Counted from the stretch's first letter, positions 1-13,111 are shown. The stretch is 64,000 nucleotides of DNA from Utricularia gibba (GCA_002189035.1 NEEC01000008.1:1364001-1428000), one strand, 5' to 3'. The notes: generated by a model not told the origin, from the sequence alone. Made by a program: numbers and translations.

Positions 1-62
1 AAAGAGTTGTGACAGTGCAAAAATTGCTCTTCAATCGTTTACAAGGAAGCAGAGCAGCGAAC

Positions 63-287
63 CTGCGGAGCTTTTTCGACAAGTTCTTGCACGTAATTTT
101 CGCCGAAATATCGGTGCCCCGCATCGTATACTTGGCGAATGAGTGAGATCGGTTTCGTTTTGCTCACAGCCACCACACGAACTTGATCCGTAGAACGGCT
201 ACTCTTCTCGGCTGCCCGTTTAACCCGCTGCAATATTGATCGCAGCGCCGCCGCGGCGAGTCCATCGGCGGAGGAAACCGCGGCCAT
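63..287 (-). CDS. Pyridoxal-phosphate homeostasis protein (PLPBP/PROSC/YggS family), first coding exon; gene continues off the left edge
   Basis: ATG at 287; VVAVSKTKP and [13 protein letters not shown] motifs of the YggS family; donor CAG|GT at 63/62. Confidence 0.9.
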
Positions 288-534
288 GACTGAACCTTCC
301 GCAGATGGTTGATGGATTTCCACAATTCTCATTCAGTTCAAGATCGTTCATTTTCCATGAGTTATAGAAATCCCCAACCCTAGAATTTGTGTAATAATTT
401 TAAGGATTTAAAAAATGTTAACAACGGTTATTTCGAGTTTATTATATTTATTAATTAATATATTGCGCTTAAAATTACAATAATAGTCTAATAGTAAAAT
501 AAAAGGAATCAATAAAATAAAAGAATTCAATCCA

Positions 535-1218
535 TCAGCTGAAATACTGCGGGCATCTTCGGCTCCTATACTCCGGCAACATCGATCCATCAGCGCCAAC
601 TCCGACGTCGCAATTTGCATGCATAATATGCCTTCTACTATCCCACGTCGAAATCTGAAACTTAATCTCCGATCTAATCTCAACTCTGAAAACAACTCTG
701 CCATCTCCTATATCGGACAACAACCGGTGCCAAGTATCGCCGGATATACTCACGGCCGGGCCTCCGAGCTGCCCCGATATGAGTGTCGTGTTTTTGGGTC
801 TCTGTAAAAAGGGAAACAGCACCGGCGAAGTGCCTAGTGTTTGGTCATTGTAGAATACAGTCACCTGAATTGAATCGTAGTGGATGGCGATGTTTTGGTT
901 GGAGTTCCGGTCGGTGATGTTGTAGTAGATGACGGCGGTCTCCGGACCTGCGGCAGAGGATTGCGCGATTGCGGGGATAGAGAACTGGTCGACGTAGAAG
1001 CGAGGGCGGTGTGGGCGGAGGCTGAGCCAGATAATGAAGAAGATGAGGCCGATGACGAAAAGAACTACTAAGAAGATGGAGCATATTAGTTTGGAGATTC
1101 TAGTTGTGAGGCTTTCTCTCACGCGGTGGGCGTAGTGTTTGGCTTTCTGAAAGCTGCCGGTCTTCTGAGGTGGCGGTGGTGTCGAAGCGAGGACGGGTAC
1201 TCGGTTTTCCGACCACAT
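535..1218 (-). CDS. NDR1/HIN1-like (LEA_2 domain) membrane protein, single exon
   Basis: 227-aa ORF: YYAHRVRESL, TM helix, WLSLRPHRPRF, NxNxxIxIHYD and C-terminal CDVGV..C pattern. Confidence 0.9.
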   Translation of the reverse strand: MWSENRVPVLASTPPPPQKTGSFQKAKHYAHRVRESLTTRISKLICSIFLVVLFVIGLIFFIIWLSLRPHRPRFYVDQFSIPAIAQSSAAGPETAVIYYNITDRNSNQNIAIHYDSIQVTVFYNDQTLGTSPVLFPFLQRPKNTTLISGQLGGPAVSISGDTWHRLLSDIGDGRVVFRVEIRSEIKFQISTWDSRRHIMHANCDVGVGADGSMLPEYRSRRCPQYFS

Positions 1219-1593
1219 TTTTCAGATGGAATGGAGCAGAATAGCGGCCGTGTAAGGTGCTTACCAATATGCTTAAATGAAAATGAAGATGAAGAATCTT
1301 CACTTTGAGTGTATGGTATGATTAGGGAAAGGCATCTTTCCAAAATCAGGTCAGAAGCAATGTTGCACCATGGAGGAAATGCGAATAAGCAGAATGGACA
1401 TACCATTAGAAGCCTCAAAGCACCAATCACAATGATACAGATATAATAAAGACGATAGGTGGTAAACGGAAATCACTCAGAAGAACTCATGGTGGTGGAA
1501 AGACATATCTTCATAATCTCCAGAAAGGTATTATGAACAGAAACACAATGGCAAGATGCCCAGGCAGAAGAAATTATTCACAATTACTGGGAT

Positions 1594-3098
1594 TTAGTAT
1601 CGTCTAGAGATCCGGGGCATCGAGCATTTGTTTTTTCTATCATGGAAAAGTCTGAGAATGATTGCAGCTGTTTCCTCAATGGCTCTTCCGGTAACCTCTG
1701 TAACCAAGAAGATCATACAAGGTGAGCAGGGAATGCCCAGGTAAGGAATTCAAGAGCAATGTTTGGAGGCTAACCGATAACAGGCCACTTGGGATTCCGC
1801 TGAAAAATCTTGGTAGCAAAATCCAGCTCCCGTCTAACATGATCCATGTCAGAGTAGGTGCTTCGCATTTCATCATTGAAGGATAAGCTCTTTGCCCTCG
1901 CCCTTCGGATTGTGTGCAGGACTACTGGGTTTATGGTCAGTGCAAAAACCTTCTCATTGTTCTCCTCAAAGAGGCTATCCGGCAAGTCAGCATTCATGAC
2001 GATGGGCACATTAGCTACCTTGTATCCTTTTTGAGAAAGGTAAATTGACAATGGAGTCTTCCCAGTGCGAGAAACGCCGGTAAGGATCAAGTCGGCTTTG
2101 TGCAGGTTTTCCGGCAAGGCTCCATCATCCTGCTTAATGGTGAACTCAACTGCCTCTATTCTTTTGAAGTACTCCTCTCCAAGCTGACGCTTTCTCTGGG
2201 GAGCCCAACGGGGGAGGCCAGATGGTGAAACACCAAGATGAGATGCAATTACCTCTGTGATGGGGCCAAGGATATCAAGAGATACGACGCCCCAAACCTC
2301 ACATGCTTGCTTGGCCGATGCTGCCAATGAAGGATCTGCCAATGTGTAGACCAGCAGTGCTTCTTCCTTGGAGGCTTGAGAAACGACCTCGATAAGGCGA
2401 TCCAAATCATCGATCTTGGTGAAACCAGAACATTAATGGTCAGTGGAAGAGGAGTCAAAAGAGCAGTACAGTCTCTTAATCAGAATCAACACCGTGAGCA
2501 CAACAGCATATCATCAGCAGCATAGAGAGAAAAGCAAATTATAATTTCAATTATCATAATGAAATGCACCTCAAATGGTGAGAGTAACCATTAGGCTCAT
2601 CAAAAGCATTCAGCAACTCACCCCAGAAAACAAGTGAGTGCTAACTGGACAACCGCGATCCACGAAACAATGTTCAAACTGACCCAGCGCCGCCGTAACG
2701 GAGTGCTCAGCCGTCCAACCTGTTCCGTCAGAAACCATGTAGATAGACTTCACTCTAACTGTCACATCCGCCACATCCTCGACGCCAGAGCGGGGGGACG
2801 GTAACAGGACCTCAACTCCGCCACGCGTCTTATCATCGCTGGAAACAGGTGATGGAGAGTCAGAATGATAGGATTCATAACCCGGAAGACGAACTGGCCG
2901 GCTCAATTTTCGGCCGGAGCGAACGGCTCGTGCTATGGACCATCGGCTGAGCTGAGGGTTGGATCTCGCTCTCCGCCCCGGAGTTCCTGGAGAAGATGGT
3001 TCCAAATCGGAACTAGGGGATCTGGGCTCCGGGTTAGGAGGCCCCGCGCTCGACGGCGGAGCGTGTGGAACCTTCGGTATGGATAACGTTGAAAGCAT
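1594..3098 (-). CDS. RP1: Pyruvate,phosphate dikinase regulatory protein (PDRP/RP1), chloroplastic; 3 exons (3098-2623, 2414-1775, 1697-1594)
   Basis: Ser/Pro-rich transit-like N-terminus; [25 protein letters not shown] and [11 protein letters not shown] motifs; GT-AG junctions are phase-compatible. Confidence 0.93.
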
Positions 3099-3210
3099 GT
3101 TTCCAATCCCATGTTTTCAGAAATTAAAAATGTACATAAATTGTGATGACCCTTTTTTTCCTTTTTCCAAGGGAAATTCTAATTGGGTCAAAACATGAAG
3201 TTTGAAAGAC

Positions 3211-3247
3211 TGGGCCATAAGGCCCATATTTTTTGGGCCCATGCCCA
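3211..3247. promoter_or_regulatory. Cluster of site II (TGGGCY/GGCCCA) TCP-binding elements upstream of PDRP
   Basis: TGGGCC, GGCCCA and TGGGCCC within 37 bp, about 115-150 bp upstream of the ATG. Confidence 0.55.
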
Positions 3248-3535
3248 GGTGTACGCGGGTCTGGGACAGTCTAATAAGAGATCATATTTGGAAATAAATA
3301 TAATAATATAATAATATCCTAATTACGAAAAAGAAATGACATAAATTAACTTTTTTTGAAATAAACGTGATAAATTTCCATTTATTCCTGCATAATGAGC
3401 TTGGGGCATTGTTTTTTTTCCATATTTTAAAATTTTGAAATATAGTTTTTATATTTTAATATTAATTATATAACGACATGCAGGAAGCCATACAACACAA
3501 CACCATAGGAGTCTGGACTGTAGCAATGTCATCCA

Positions 3536-3823
3536 TCACTCGGCTTTCTCAGCTGATTCGGCTCCGACGTCCGGCGTCGACTCCGCCTCCTCCACTATTT
3601 CCGGTTCAGCTTTAACACCGGCTTCCTCCGGTTTAGCGTCAGCAGCGACCTCCTGGGCATTCTCGGATTCATCTCCTACTGGTGACGCATCATCAATGAC
3701 TTGCTTCTGAAGCTCTGCTTCAAGGGATTCAACCTGATGGAGGAGATCTGGAGATGGCAATAGGGAACTCAACTAAAGAGTGTTAGAAGAAGCACGCGTG
3801 ATTAGTACCTCTGGGGTGGCCAT
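3536..3823 (-). CDS. Small acidic Glu/Ala-rich protein (about 70 aa), Hev b 5/CCaP-like MATxEVE type; exons 3823-3809 and 3733-3536
   Basis: TATAAAT about 50 bp upstream; ATG GCC ACC CCA GAG|GTACT; 75-nt intron ending CCATCAG; spliced product MATPEVESLEAELQKQ...AEKAE. Confidence 0.6.
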
Positions 3824-6800
3824 TTTTCTTCCTTCGTGTGCGATGATGGGGATGAAGAGACATCAGAGGGTATTTATAAGTGAGAAAAGTAGACAAGGGA
3901 TGACGGGGGGAGAACGAATCCTGGAAAAAAGCTTCATTAATATCCCCGAAAAAAGCAAGATAAGAACAACCCAGAATCCTCGTTGTAAAAGCGAATTGTA
4001 AACACGAGAATGGAGAACAGAATCCTCATCATATCAGCGGGGTTTGACTCAATTTCTCTCCAGAATAACAATGTATAGAAATAAAATACCTATACGATGA
4101 AGCGTGACACAAAATGATGGTGTAGTTCTTGAGATGCAGACCACAACGACGACGTTTTCTCCATGCAAGAGTGTCAACTTGATATTCGTACGACTTTCTT
4201 TCTCACATGATAAACATGGCGGTGTTTGCCATCCACACAAAGGCCATGCATGAATCTATTCATGCCCACGCGCTCATGTGATTTCAGGATCACAAGAAGT
4301 GATGACAGAACTCAAGTATTGCTTTACTTACCTTCGTGCAATCTTCATTCCGTTGTATCTTTCCATCGTTCTAAAACACTTGAAATGCGACAATGTTATG
4401 TCCCTTGCTTGTAAAACAAATCTATGGAGTTCAACATTGATTCTAAACATCTTGTAATTGGTGTGTGAACAACATTGATTAAGTTTCTATCTATCACTTC
4501 GCTAGTGATTTGGTAGGATTCAATTTCATTCCAAAGTGTTGCAATGCGATAAAACATTATTTCAAATATTTTATGTAGTACCCATCATCAAATTCTAAAG
4601 TCGAACCGGAATATCGAGTGTACCAACATGTCATTGATAATCATGCGAAGAATTATTACAATAGCATTGTTCTAATAGGTTGTTTTTGTAATAATGTATT
4701 AGTATGTTTAAATATAACATACATGTATATAGTGTTTGATATACGAGAATACAAATCTAAGTATTTGATTGATTTAAATATAATTAATCTCCCCTTCGTT
4801 TGTGTATATTATCCATATATTTAAAAAATAATTATGTAGTTGATATGATTATATAAATTATGTGTAAACTTGGATATACATATTCTATATTATACTATCA
4901 AAGACCATCTAATTACTTCAAATCAATGCATATATAATCATATCCAACAATTTAAAACCCTCATTCTATACACACGTCAAATTTAAATCCAAATAATTAT
5001 CAAGTAATTTAAATCCACATTCTTCTCAATTCCACATGTCTCGTTTAACCTAGTCAAATAATTTAAATCCATGCTAAGTGCAAACACGCATCAAATGAAT
5101 TATTTTAAGAATATTCTTATGGAGGACAAAAGTTACAATAATTGATTTATTAAAAAAACGAAATTATATTCTCAAATTGTAGATAAAATGTATTGATGGC
5201 GTGCAGGAGATAAAGGGATAAAATCGTAAAAATAAAATTGTTGATATTTAATATGAGATTATTGCACTGAATTATTTACACCCAATGATTGTCCGAAAAG
5301 GTAATTCCTCGTCCACATGATGTTTGCTCCTCTGCGGTTTACCGCTTGGGCTAGTCACGCGGACGGGACTGAAATAAATGTTGCGTTCATCTAACCAAAA
5401 TACTTAACACCATTATTTAATTAAAAAATATTACAAACTTCTCATTTTCTCAAAAAGAAAAAAATATATTTTTTCTGCACACATACAACTCTCATTATAT
5501 TTTTATTTTATTTTCTTGACCTATGTATATTTTTTAGACCATTTATGCATTTAAAAAAGTACACTTACAATAATTTTGTTACTAAATAAAATGAATTGTA
5601 TTCTAAAAAATAGCATAAATAAATAAGGAGATCTTATTTTTTAAAAAATCTGAAGCTCTGTACCTTCTAATTAAATGTTGACTATTGATTTTACATCATT
5701 GCAAAAGATCTTTTTCATGTCTTTTTTGTTATTTTTATTTATTTTATGACTTAATTTTTCATTATTTGTTATTTATAGTACATTTTTTTTATTAACTTGC
5801 TAATACCCAACTTGACAAAAAGTGGAGGTCCAATAAATTATGAACTTTGAAAATACACAAATCCAACATTGGGATTTAATTAGGATTAAATATGGAAATA
5901 TTTTCATATATTTTTTGAAGATAAAATGTATCAAGTGCTACAAATGATATGAACTCAATATGAAGATTTGAATTTTCTCTCACTAAAATTTCTATCTCTC
6001 AACCATATGACACATTTTAATGATTTAATTACTTTTATTTTTCATATTTTTGTGTTTTTGTAAGTTTAGAATCACAGTATGTGCGCTTAAGAATGGTGTG
6101 GTTGAAGATCAATAGTAAAGACGATGGGTGCACACGTTCCAATATGTATGGTTGATTTACTACATTTTAAAATATTTAATTCTAAATTTGATTCTATTTT
6201 TTGTAAAATTTTCTTTTGCATTTATGTAGTTGATCATCACAAAATTAATTGGATATCATTGTCAATATATTTTCAGTCTAATTTATCTACGATGGTGCAA
6301 GGTATGAGAATTATGTTTGAATATGTAAAAAACACGAGTTGTCACTGGATAAAAAAATGAGTACTTAGGATATGATTGATTTTATGAGAGTTGTATTAGA
6401 AAACTGGACATCCATTAATCACTATATAAGAAAAATGATCAAAATTATTTTGGTTTCAGTGTTTGTAAGAGAAATTAGCATTTTAGTATCTCTGTATTTT
6501 ATGTTTAAAAACCCAAAATAAATAAGTCAGATATAAAAAAATATGTTTATTTCTGTACACTTGCAAATTGATTACAAAAAAATCAACATCAATACTCATA
6601 ATTGATACTAAATTAGTACGTTAATACAAAAAAACATATATTGAATTTATTTTACCAAATACGAATTGCTTTTCCAAAAATAGAATCCGTACGTAATTTA
6701 CTCCTCAAAAATCACTCTTGAAGGAGCAGAATTAAATATAATCTGCATGTGGCCAAATACAACTTGTACGGGAGGTCTGGAATGATCCAATTGGACGTAT

Positions 6801-8594
6801 CGAGGGAGTGTTTCGTTGGTGTTTGTGTTAAACCTTCCCTCTAAGGCGTGGCCGCCATTAATTCCCCACCAGCTTCTGCGCTGGTTCTAGTACGGAAATT
6901 AAAGGCGGCAATGATTTAATAATTAGTGAAAATGGAGTGCTTATTATAATTTTGATGCCGGTCATTTATTTATTTGTTTAGAATTCCTGGGTAAAAATTG
7001 TAATGCCGAACACATGACATGACACATATCTATCATAACAGTAATGCTTTTTTTTGTCCAAATAATTTTGGTAGGAATTCAAAAGGTGGGCCCCAGGAGA
7101 TTTAATTACCCCATTCAATGAGGGGGCTGCTCTTCCTGTCGTCAGTCGTCACGCCCTCCTCCAATGCGCAACATATCAGTTTATCCATCCCGGTAACTCT
7201 CTGAACAGGTCAACAAAATTCACCGTCGGTGAAAAACATACAAATTTTAAATGTTTTCAGATATTTGAAAGCATCTTTTATTATTAAAAAATAAAAATTT
7301 AGAAACACTGATTCTTTTTAGAAAACAATTTTATTCGCAATAATCGATTTTTTAAAAAAATGAATTTTTACATGTTTTTAAAGAAAGTACCATTTCAAAT
7401 GGAATGGGACATAATGTTTTTTGTCAAAATTATATAATTAGATAAAAATGAAACCAGATATTATATAAAAATTATTTTCTAAATACACCTATTAAATATG
7501 GTATTATTGTAAAAACTATAAGCTACACACATTTTCTAGTTTAATTGTATGTTTATGTAAAGATGAGTAATCAAATATATTATTAATTAAATTATTACAT
7601 ATTAATTTATCATAATTATTTTTGTATTTTTTTTATACAAGCATGAAGACGCAGCGATAAATGTGTCAGTGGTTATTTCTGTTGAGGAAAAATAAACAAA
7701 AAACAAAAAATGCACATTTTTATTCTGATTTTAATAACTATATAATTCAAAAATAATTATGATAAATTATTAGGTTCTTTAAAATTTTGAGTATATAGTT
7801 TATACATTTAGATTTGAAATGACTTTTGGTAATGAATTTATATATATTAAATAAATACTTATGACAATAAAACGTGGGTATTAAATAAAATATTATAAAA
7901 AAATGAATCAAACATACCCTACTAATTTTTACTGTGTGTTTGAATTATGTTGGTAATTTTTTTTTACCCTCCCAATTGAATGCTGGTAACCCAACTTCCG
8001 ATACTGGTTATATTCGAACAGGTGCTTTTCATGCTCCATATTTGAATTTACACTGGAACTGTGCATCAGGAATCACAGCTAAAGGATCAGGAATTTCCAG
8101 TGATGAGATAAAAAATCTTGTTTGACGACAGAGCTGAGCCTCGATGGATTCAATCTATCAGAAGCAGAAGCAGAAGCTCGCACAGTGGAGATGCAAAAGA
8201 GGAGATGATAGAAACTTAACTTTTATTACATTCATTCATTCATTGCAACAGCCCCTCTCCTCCTCCTCCTCACTACTGCCACTGGGCGGCTGTCGTCTTG
8301 CGAATAGATGAGTGCGTATTACAGAAGAGCAACAACATTTAATGATCCTAATGGGAAGTAAATGCTAATCAATAAGCTCGGACGGTTCGGCTCAGACATC
8401 CATTCAATGCTGTAATATCGCGCACGATCATCCCTCTCCTCTCCTCTTCTCTCCCCTTTTTGCAATTGGGGGGCTCTGTGACTCAGTACAAGTATCCTGC
8501 TACTGTTACAAAAGCACCCAAGGGTTCTGATCATGGAGCCATCATTTCATTCGCTTCATTCCGTTCCGGAGGAGAAGAGGAGGAGGCCACCTCT

Positions 8595-8624
8595 CCGATC
8601 CCGATCCCGATCCCGATCCCGATC
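8595..8624. repeat. Hexanucleotide microsatellite (CCGATC)5
   Basis: Five perfect copies visible. Confidence 0.9.
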
Positions 8625-9387
8625 CGGCATTTGTATGCGTTTGCACTGATGTCTGCTGTTGCATCAGTTGATGATCAAGCATATAAACCCACGGATGCAT
8701 GGCGAAGGAAAACAACTCGCTTCTGTTAGGGTTTTGAATTTGTTTAATATTACATTATGAAAACTACAACAAAATGAACTTTTTAGTTATTCCCAAATTA
8801 TTGTAATAATTTTATTACATGTAATATTTACATAATTACTTAATTTCATGACACACTCTTATACTATATGATATTATTCATTTTAAATACTCAAATTTTT
8901 TAATTTTACGTTATTCTATTCTAAAAAATATATATTATATAAAATTAAGAGTATCATTTTATCTAAACATATCTCTTATTTCATCCCTAATCTATGTAGT
9001 ATAGTGTCACTAGATTACTAATCTTACATTCTTCCAAGCTTTGATTCTTTTTTTTTTTCATTTATGTTAAATAAATATATATAATACAAATAGCATTTAA
9101 AACATATATTTGGAAAATCTAATTTCTAAGCATGCTTTTAATTATGAATAAGTAAAAAAAAAACAATTGTACAGAAACCGATTGGTTTGGAGGGACGTTG
9201 GGAGCATGTACTACGTAGGCAGGATGGAAAGATGGAAGTGACATCGATAAAATTCTGGTATCTTATCATCTTATACATTAATGACTCAAACCCCCTCCCT
9301 CTTCCTCTTCCTCTTGGCTCTCCACAGCAATAAACCGCCATAAATGCGAATGCACCCTCTCGATGCGCTCCGCATTTACTCCACTCC

Positions 9388-9409
9388 CTCTTCCTCTTCC
9401 TCTTCTGCT

Positions 9410-9441
<32 letters not shown>

Positions 9442-9445
9442 TCTC
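9388..9445. repeat. (TCC/TCT)n pyrimidine-rich microsatellite in the HD-ZIP IV leader region
   Basis: Run of imperfect TCT/TCC triplets. Confidence 0.75.
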
Positions 9446-9982
9446 TCCGTCTGCGTTTTCGTACTACTTACACCACACCACTTGTGTGTGTGTATGCATC
9501 GCCATCTTCATTCCTCCCCCTTCTTCACTGTAGGTTGCATCAGATCTCTGCCTCTCTTGCTTCCTTCCAGAGAGCATTACTGTCTGGGATCACGAGTTCT
9601 CCGACCGCCGTTGATGATTCAGGTGTGGTGGGTGTTGTGTGATGATGGTGTGTGTGTGTGTTTGGGGTTGGAAACGATCCAATGAATAATCGTCCGACGG
9701 GAGGGGAAATGGGGCGCGGTGAAAATCTGAGTTTTCTCGTCGACGGGGGTAAAAGGGTGTCATTTGTACTTGAGTAAAAGCCATGTAAATCCGATCTGCA
9801 TTCAATTATCTTGATGCCCCCTCATACCTCGGCTTCCAACATTCTTAATGACAGTTTTCACCCGTTATTAATGGCGGACTCCGTGCATTAATCTTGCTGT
9901 TCTTTTTTTTTTTTTTTTTGCGGTCAGGGTAAAAGATTACGGCTTTAGCGGCTGGGGCGGCTGCCGGAGTGAAAAATAAGAA

Positions 9983-12912
9983 ATGTTTCAGCAGAATATG
10001 TTTGACCACCACCTCCTTGATATCGCTGGCGGTGGCCACAGGTCGCCGGAAAATGAACTTAACCTCATTAGAGAAGATGAGTACGAGAGTAAATCCGGAA
10101 CGGACATTATGGAAAACGCCTCCGGGGACGATCAGGATCCCGATCAACGTGCCAAAAAGAAGCGCTATCATCGCCACACTCAGCACCAAATCCAGGAAAT
10201 GGAATCGTACGCTCCCCATTTCATCTTTGCATCTTTTTTCTGCATTTCTCCGGTTATGGCAATGGAATTACAGTCAAGAATGGTTTCTTCAGGTTTTTCA
10301 AGGAATGTCCGCATCCTGATGATAAGCAGAGGAAGGAGCTGGGGAGAAGGCTAGGATTGGAGCCTCTTCAAGTAAAATTCTGGTTTCAAAACAAGAGAAC
10401 ACAGATGAAGGTAACTACTGCTTTATAGTAATGAAGCCCCTGATTTAAAATTTGGGTTTGTAAGAGAAGTTGGATGTGGCAGGCTCAACATGAGCGGCAT
10501 GAGAATACACAGCTGAGAAACGAGAATGAGAAGCTGCGAGCTGAGAACATACGTTACAAAGAAGCGCTAAGCAATGCAACTTGTCCCAACTGCGGTGGTC
10601 CGGCCGCGATCGGAGAAATGTCGTTTGACGAGCAGCATCTTCGGATCGAGAATGCTCGTCTAAGGGAAGAGGTACATGCTCTGTGCTTTTCTTGATATTC
10701 AGAGTAAGAGTCAGAGTAATCTTCTCCAACAATGTGTGTGTTGTACAGATTGACAAGATATCAGGTATAGCTGCGAAGTATGTTGGCAAGCAGGCGCTAA
10801 CCTTCCCGCATCTCCCTCCTGGGACTACACGTTCAGTTGATCTTGGAGTGGGAAGCTTCGGCGGGCAATCGGGCTTGACAGGGGATATTTATGGCGCCTC
10901 TGATCTTTTAAGGTCAGTTTCGGGTCCGAGTGATGCCGATAAACCGGTGATAATCGAACTAGCTGTGACTGCAATGGAGGAGCTCATAAGAATGGCTCAA
11001 GCTGGAGATCCTCTGTGGATTACTAACCCCGATAGTTCTTTTGAGACACTTTCTGAGGAAGAGTATTTTCGCATCTTCCCTCGTGGAATCGGGCCGAGAC
11101 CTTTATGCCTGAAGTCGGAAGCTTCCCGTGAATCTGCGGTGGTTATAATGAATCATGTCAACCTTGTTGAGATTCTCATGGATGTGGTATGAGATGAGAT
11201 TACAGAGCAATTTTTCCTTTGAATAATCCACTCTAATGAATCCCTTGTCATGCAGAATCAGTGGTCTAGTGTGTTTTCTAGCATTGTTTCAAGAGCGATG
11301 ACTCTTGAAGTACTCTCAACAGGGGTAGCAGGCAACTACAATGGAGCTCTGCAAGTGGTAAATACAGATCCATTAACGTAACTACGAAACCTTGACCTTC
11401 TGGGTCATGTTTCTTTAGCAAATTCTCCTACTTCGTTGCAGATGACAGCTGAGTTTCAAGTTCCATCTCCACTCGTGCCTACACGAGAGAACTACTTCGT
11501 TAGATACTGCAAACAACATGCCGATGGAACCTGGGCGGTTGTTGATGTGTCTCTGGACAGCCTGCGACCGACTTCGATATCGAGATGTAGAAGAAGACCT
11601 TCAGGCTATCTGATTCAAGAACTCCCAAATGGTTATTCCAAGGTTTGTGTCTAGTAGCAGTTATGGTTGCTGTAGAGCTGATCTCAGAAGAATGCTGTGT
11701 TGATTTTGCAGGTGACTTGTGTTGAACATGTGGAGGTCGATGACAGATCTGTTCATGCAATCTACAAAGCACTTGTGAACTCCGGCTTGGCCTTCGGTGC
11801 ACAGCGGTGGGTGGCGACTCTTGATCGGCAATGCGAACGCCTCGCCAGTGTCATGGCGAACAACATTTCTGCAGGCGATGTTGGTGGTAGGAGCCATTTT
11901 TAGACTGAAACTGCAGTGATTTCTTCGGGCAGCAACGCGACTTGTAACTTGATTTGGTTAAAATTGCAGTGATTTCTTCTCCGGAGGGGAGGAAGAGCAT
12001 GCTGAAGCTGGCGGAAAGAATGGTGGTTAGCTTCTGCACCGGCGTCGGAGCTTCGACGGCACACACATGGACAACTTTATCCGGCAGTGGCGCAGATGAT
12101 GTTCGTGTAATGACTCGGAAAAGCATGGATGATCCCGGCCGGCCTCCGGGCATCGTTCTCAGCGCTGCAACTTCCTTCTGGCTGCCTATTCCACCCAAAC
12201 GTGTCTTCGACTTCCTCCGCGATGAGAACTCCCGCAGCGAGGTGAGTAGAGAGATTCTCTCTCGTATTCATGTCTCTTTTGCACGAAATCTCAAGTTGGT
12301 CTCTATATTTGCAGTGGGACATTCTTTCCAACGGCGGATTAGTTCAAGAAATGGCGCATATTGCCAACGGCCGTGATCCCGGCAACGCCGTATCCCTTCT
12401 TCGAGTCAATGTAAGAACCTTGCTTTCGCTTCAGTTAGTGTCATTTAACCTTCGTACCAATGAAGGATCTGTGTTACAGAGTGCGAACTCAAGCCAGAGC
12501 AACATGCTGATCTTGCAAGAAAGCTGCACAGACTCAACAGGCTCATACGTCATCTACGCTCCGGTCGATATAGTCGCCATGAACGTCGTCCTCAGTGGCG
12601 GCGATCCCGACTACGTCGCCCTTTTGCCATCGGGGTTCGCCATATTGCCGGATGGTCCAAACCATCAATCAGGTAGTTAAGATTCTTCCCTCTATGTTGG
12701 CTAAAGAATGGCAGAAACTGATGCAAGTTGAACCCAGGTGGCGCCCCGACGTGGGATCAGGTGGATCATTGCTGACTGTCGCGTTCCAGATTCTTGTAGA
12801 CTCCGTTCCAACAGCTAAACTTTCTTTAGGATCAGTGGCCACTGTCAATAGCTTGATCAAATGCACTGTTGAGAGGATCAAAGGGGCAGTTCTTTGTGAA
12901 GGGCAACAGTGA
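9983..12912 (+). CDS. PDF2: Class IV HD-ZIP (homeodomain-ZLZ-START-SAD) transcription factor, ATML1/PDF2 type; 11 exons
   Basis: [35 protein letters not shown] zipper loop, START ([26 protein letters not shown]) and [14 protein letters not shown]; last exon appears to lack one C at 12744-12747. Confidence 0.95.
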
Positions 12913-13043
12913 CCACAATTCTTCCTTTAGGTAACTTTGCAAGCCCATATTGCCTCCTTGTCTATTCTTGAATGCTGAATGCCTGCAAATTCAGGTTCTT
13001 TAGATGAAGGTGATGACTCAGAACTGTGTGTACTTGGGAAGAT

Positions 13044-13111
13044 GTCAAGAGCGCACCTTTGGGAAAATGCAAGAGTTGAGAAAAATGGCCAATGAGGTTC
13101 GGGTATTGACT
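13044..13111 (+). promoter_or_regulatory. Conserved HD-ZIP IV 3'-UTR element pair
   Basis: GGTTCGGGTATTGACT at 13096-13111 and partly complementary GTCAAGAGCGCACC at 13044-13057; matches, from memory, the motif described in HD-ZIP IV 3' UTRs. Confidence 0.7.

Noticed and set aside
3773-3808. Alternative 36-nt intron joining MATPE to LSSLLP
   Set aside because: Too short for a typical plant intron; the 75-nt intron gives the family-like MATPEVE
5290-5400. GC-richer island with TAGCCCAAGCGG (A-box-like) on the minus strand and ATGATG...CTGA on the plus strand, suggesting a tRNA or C/D snoRNA
   Set aside because: No cloverleaf or T-loop (GTTCRA), non-canonical C box and no terminal stem
8370-8425. 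miR171/miR479-like fragments (TGAGCCGAACC, CGCGATATT)
   Set aside because: Only 9-11 nt match and the two fragments do not form a miRNA/miRNA* duplex; not called as MIR171
9344-9685. 113-aa Ser-rich ORF upstream of HD-ZIP IV
   Set aside because: Explained by TCT/TCC and TG microsatellites in the leader; no protein-like features
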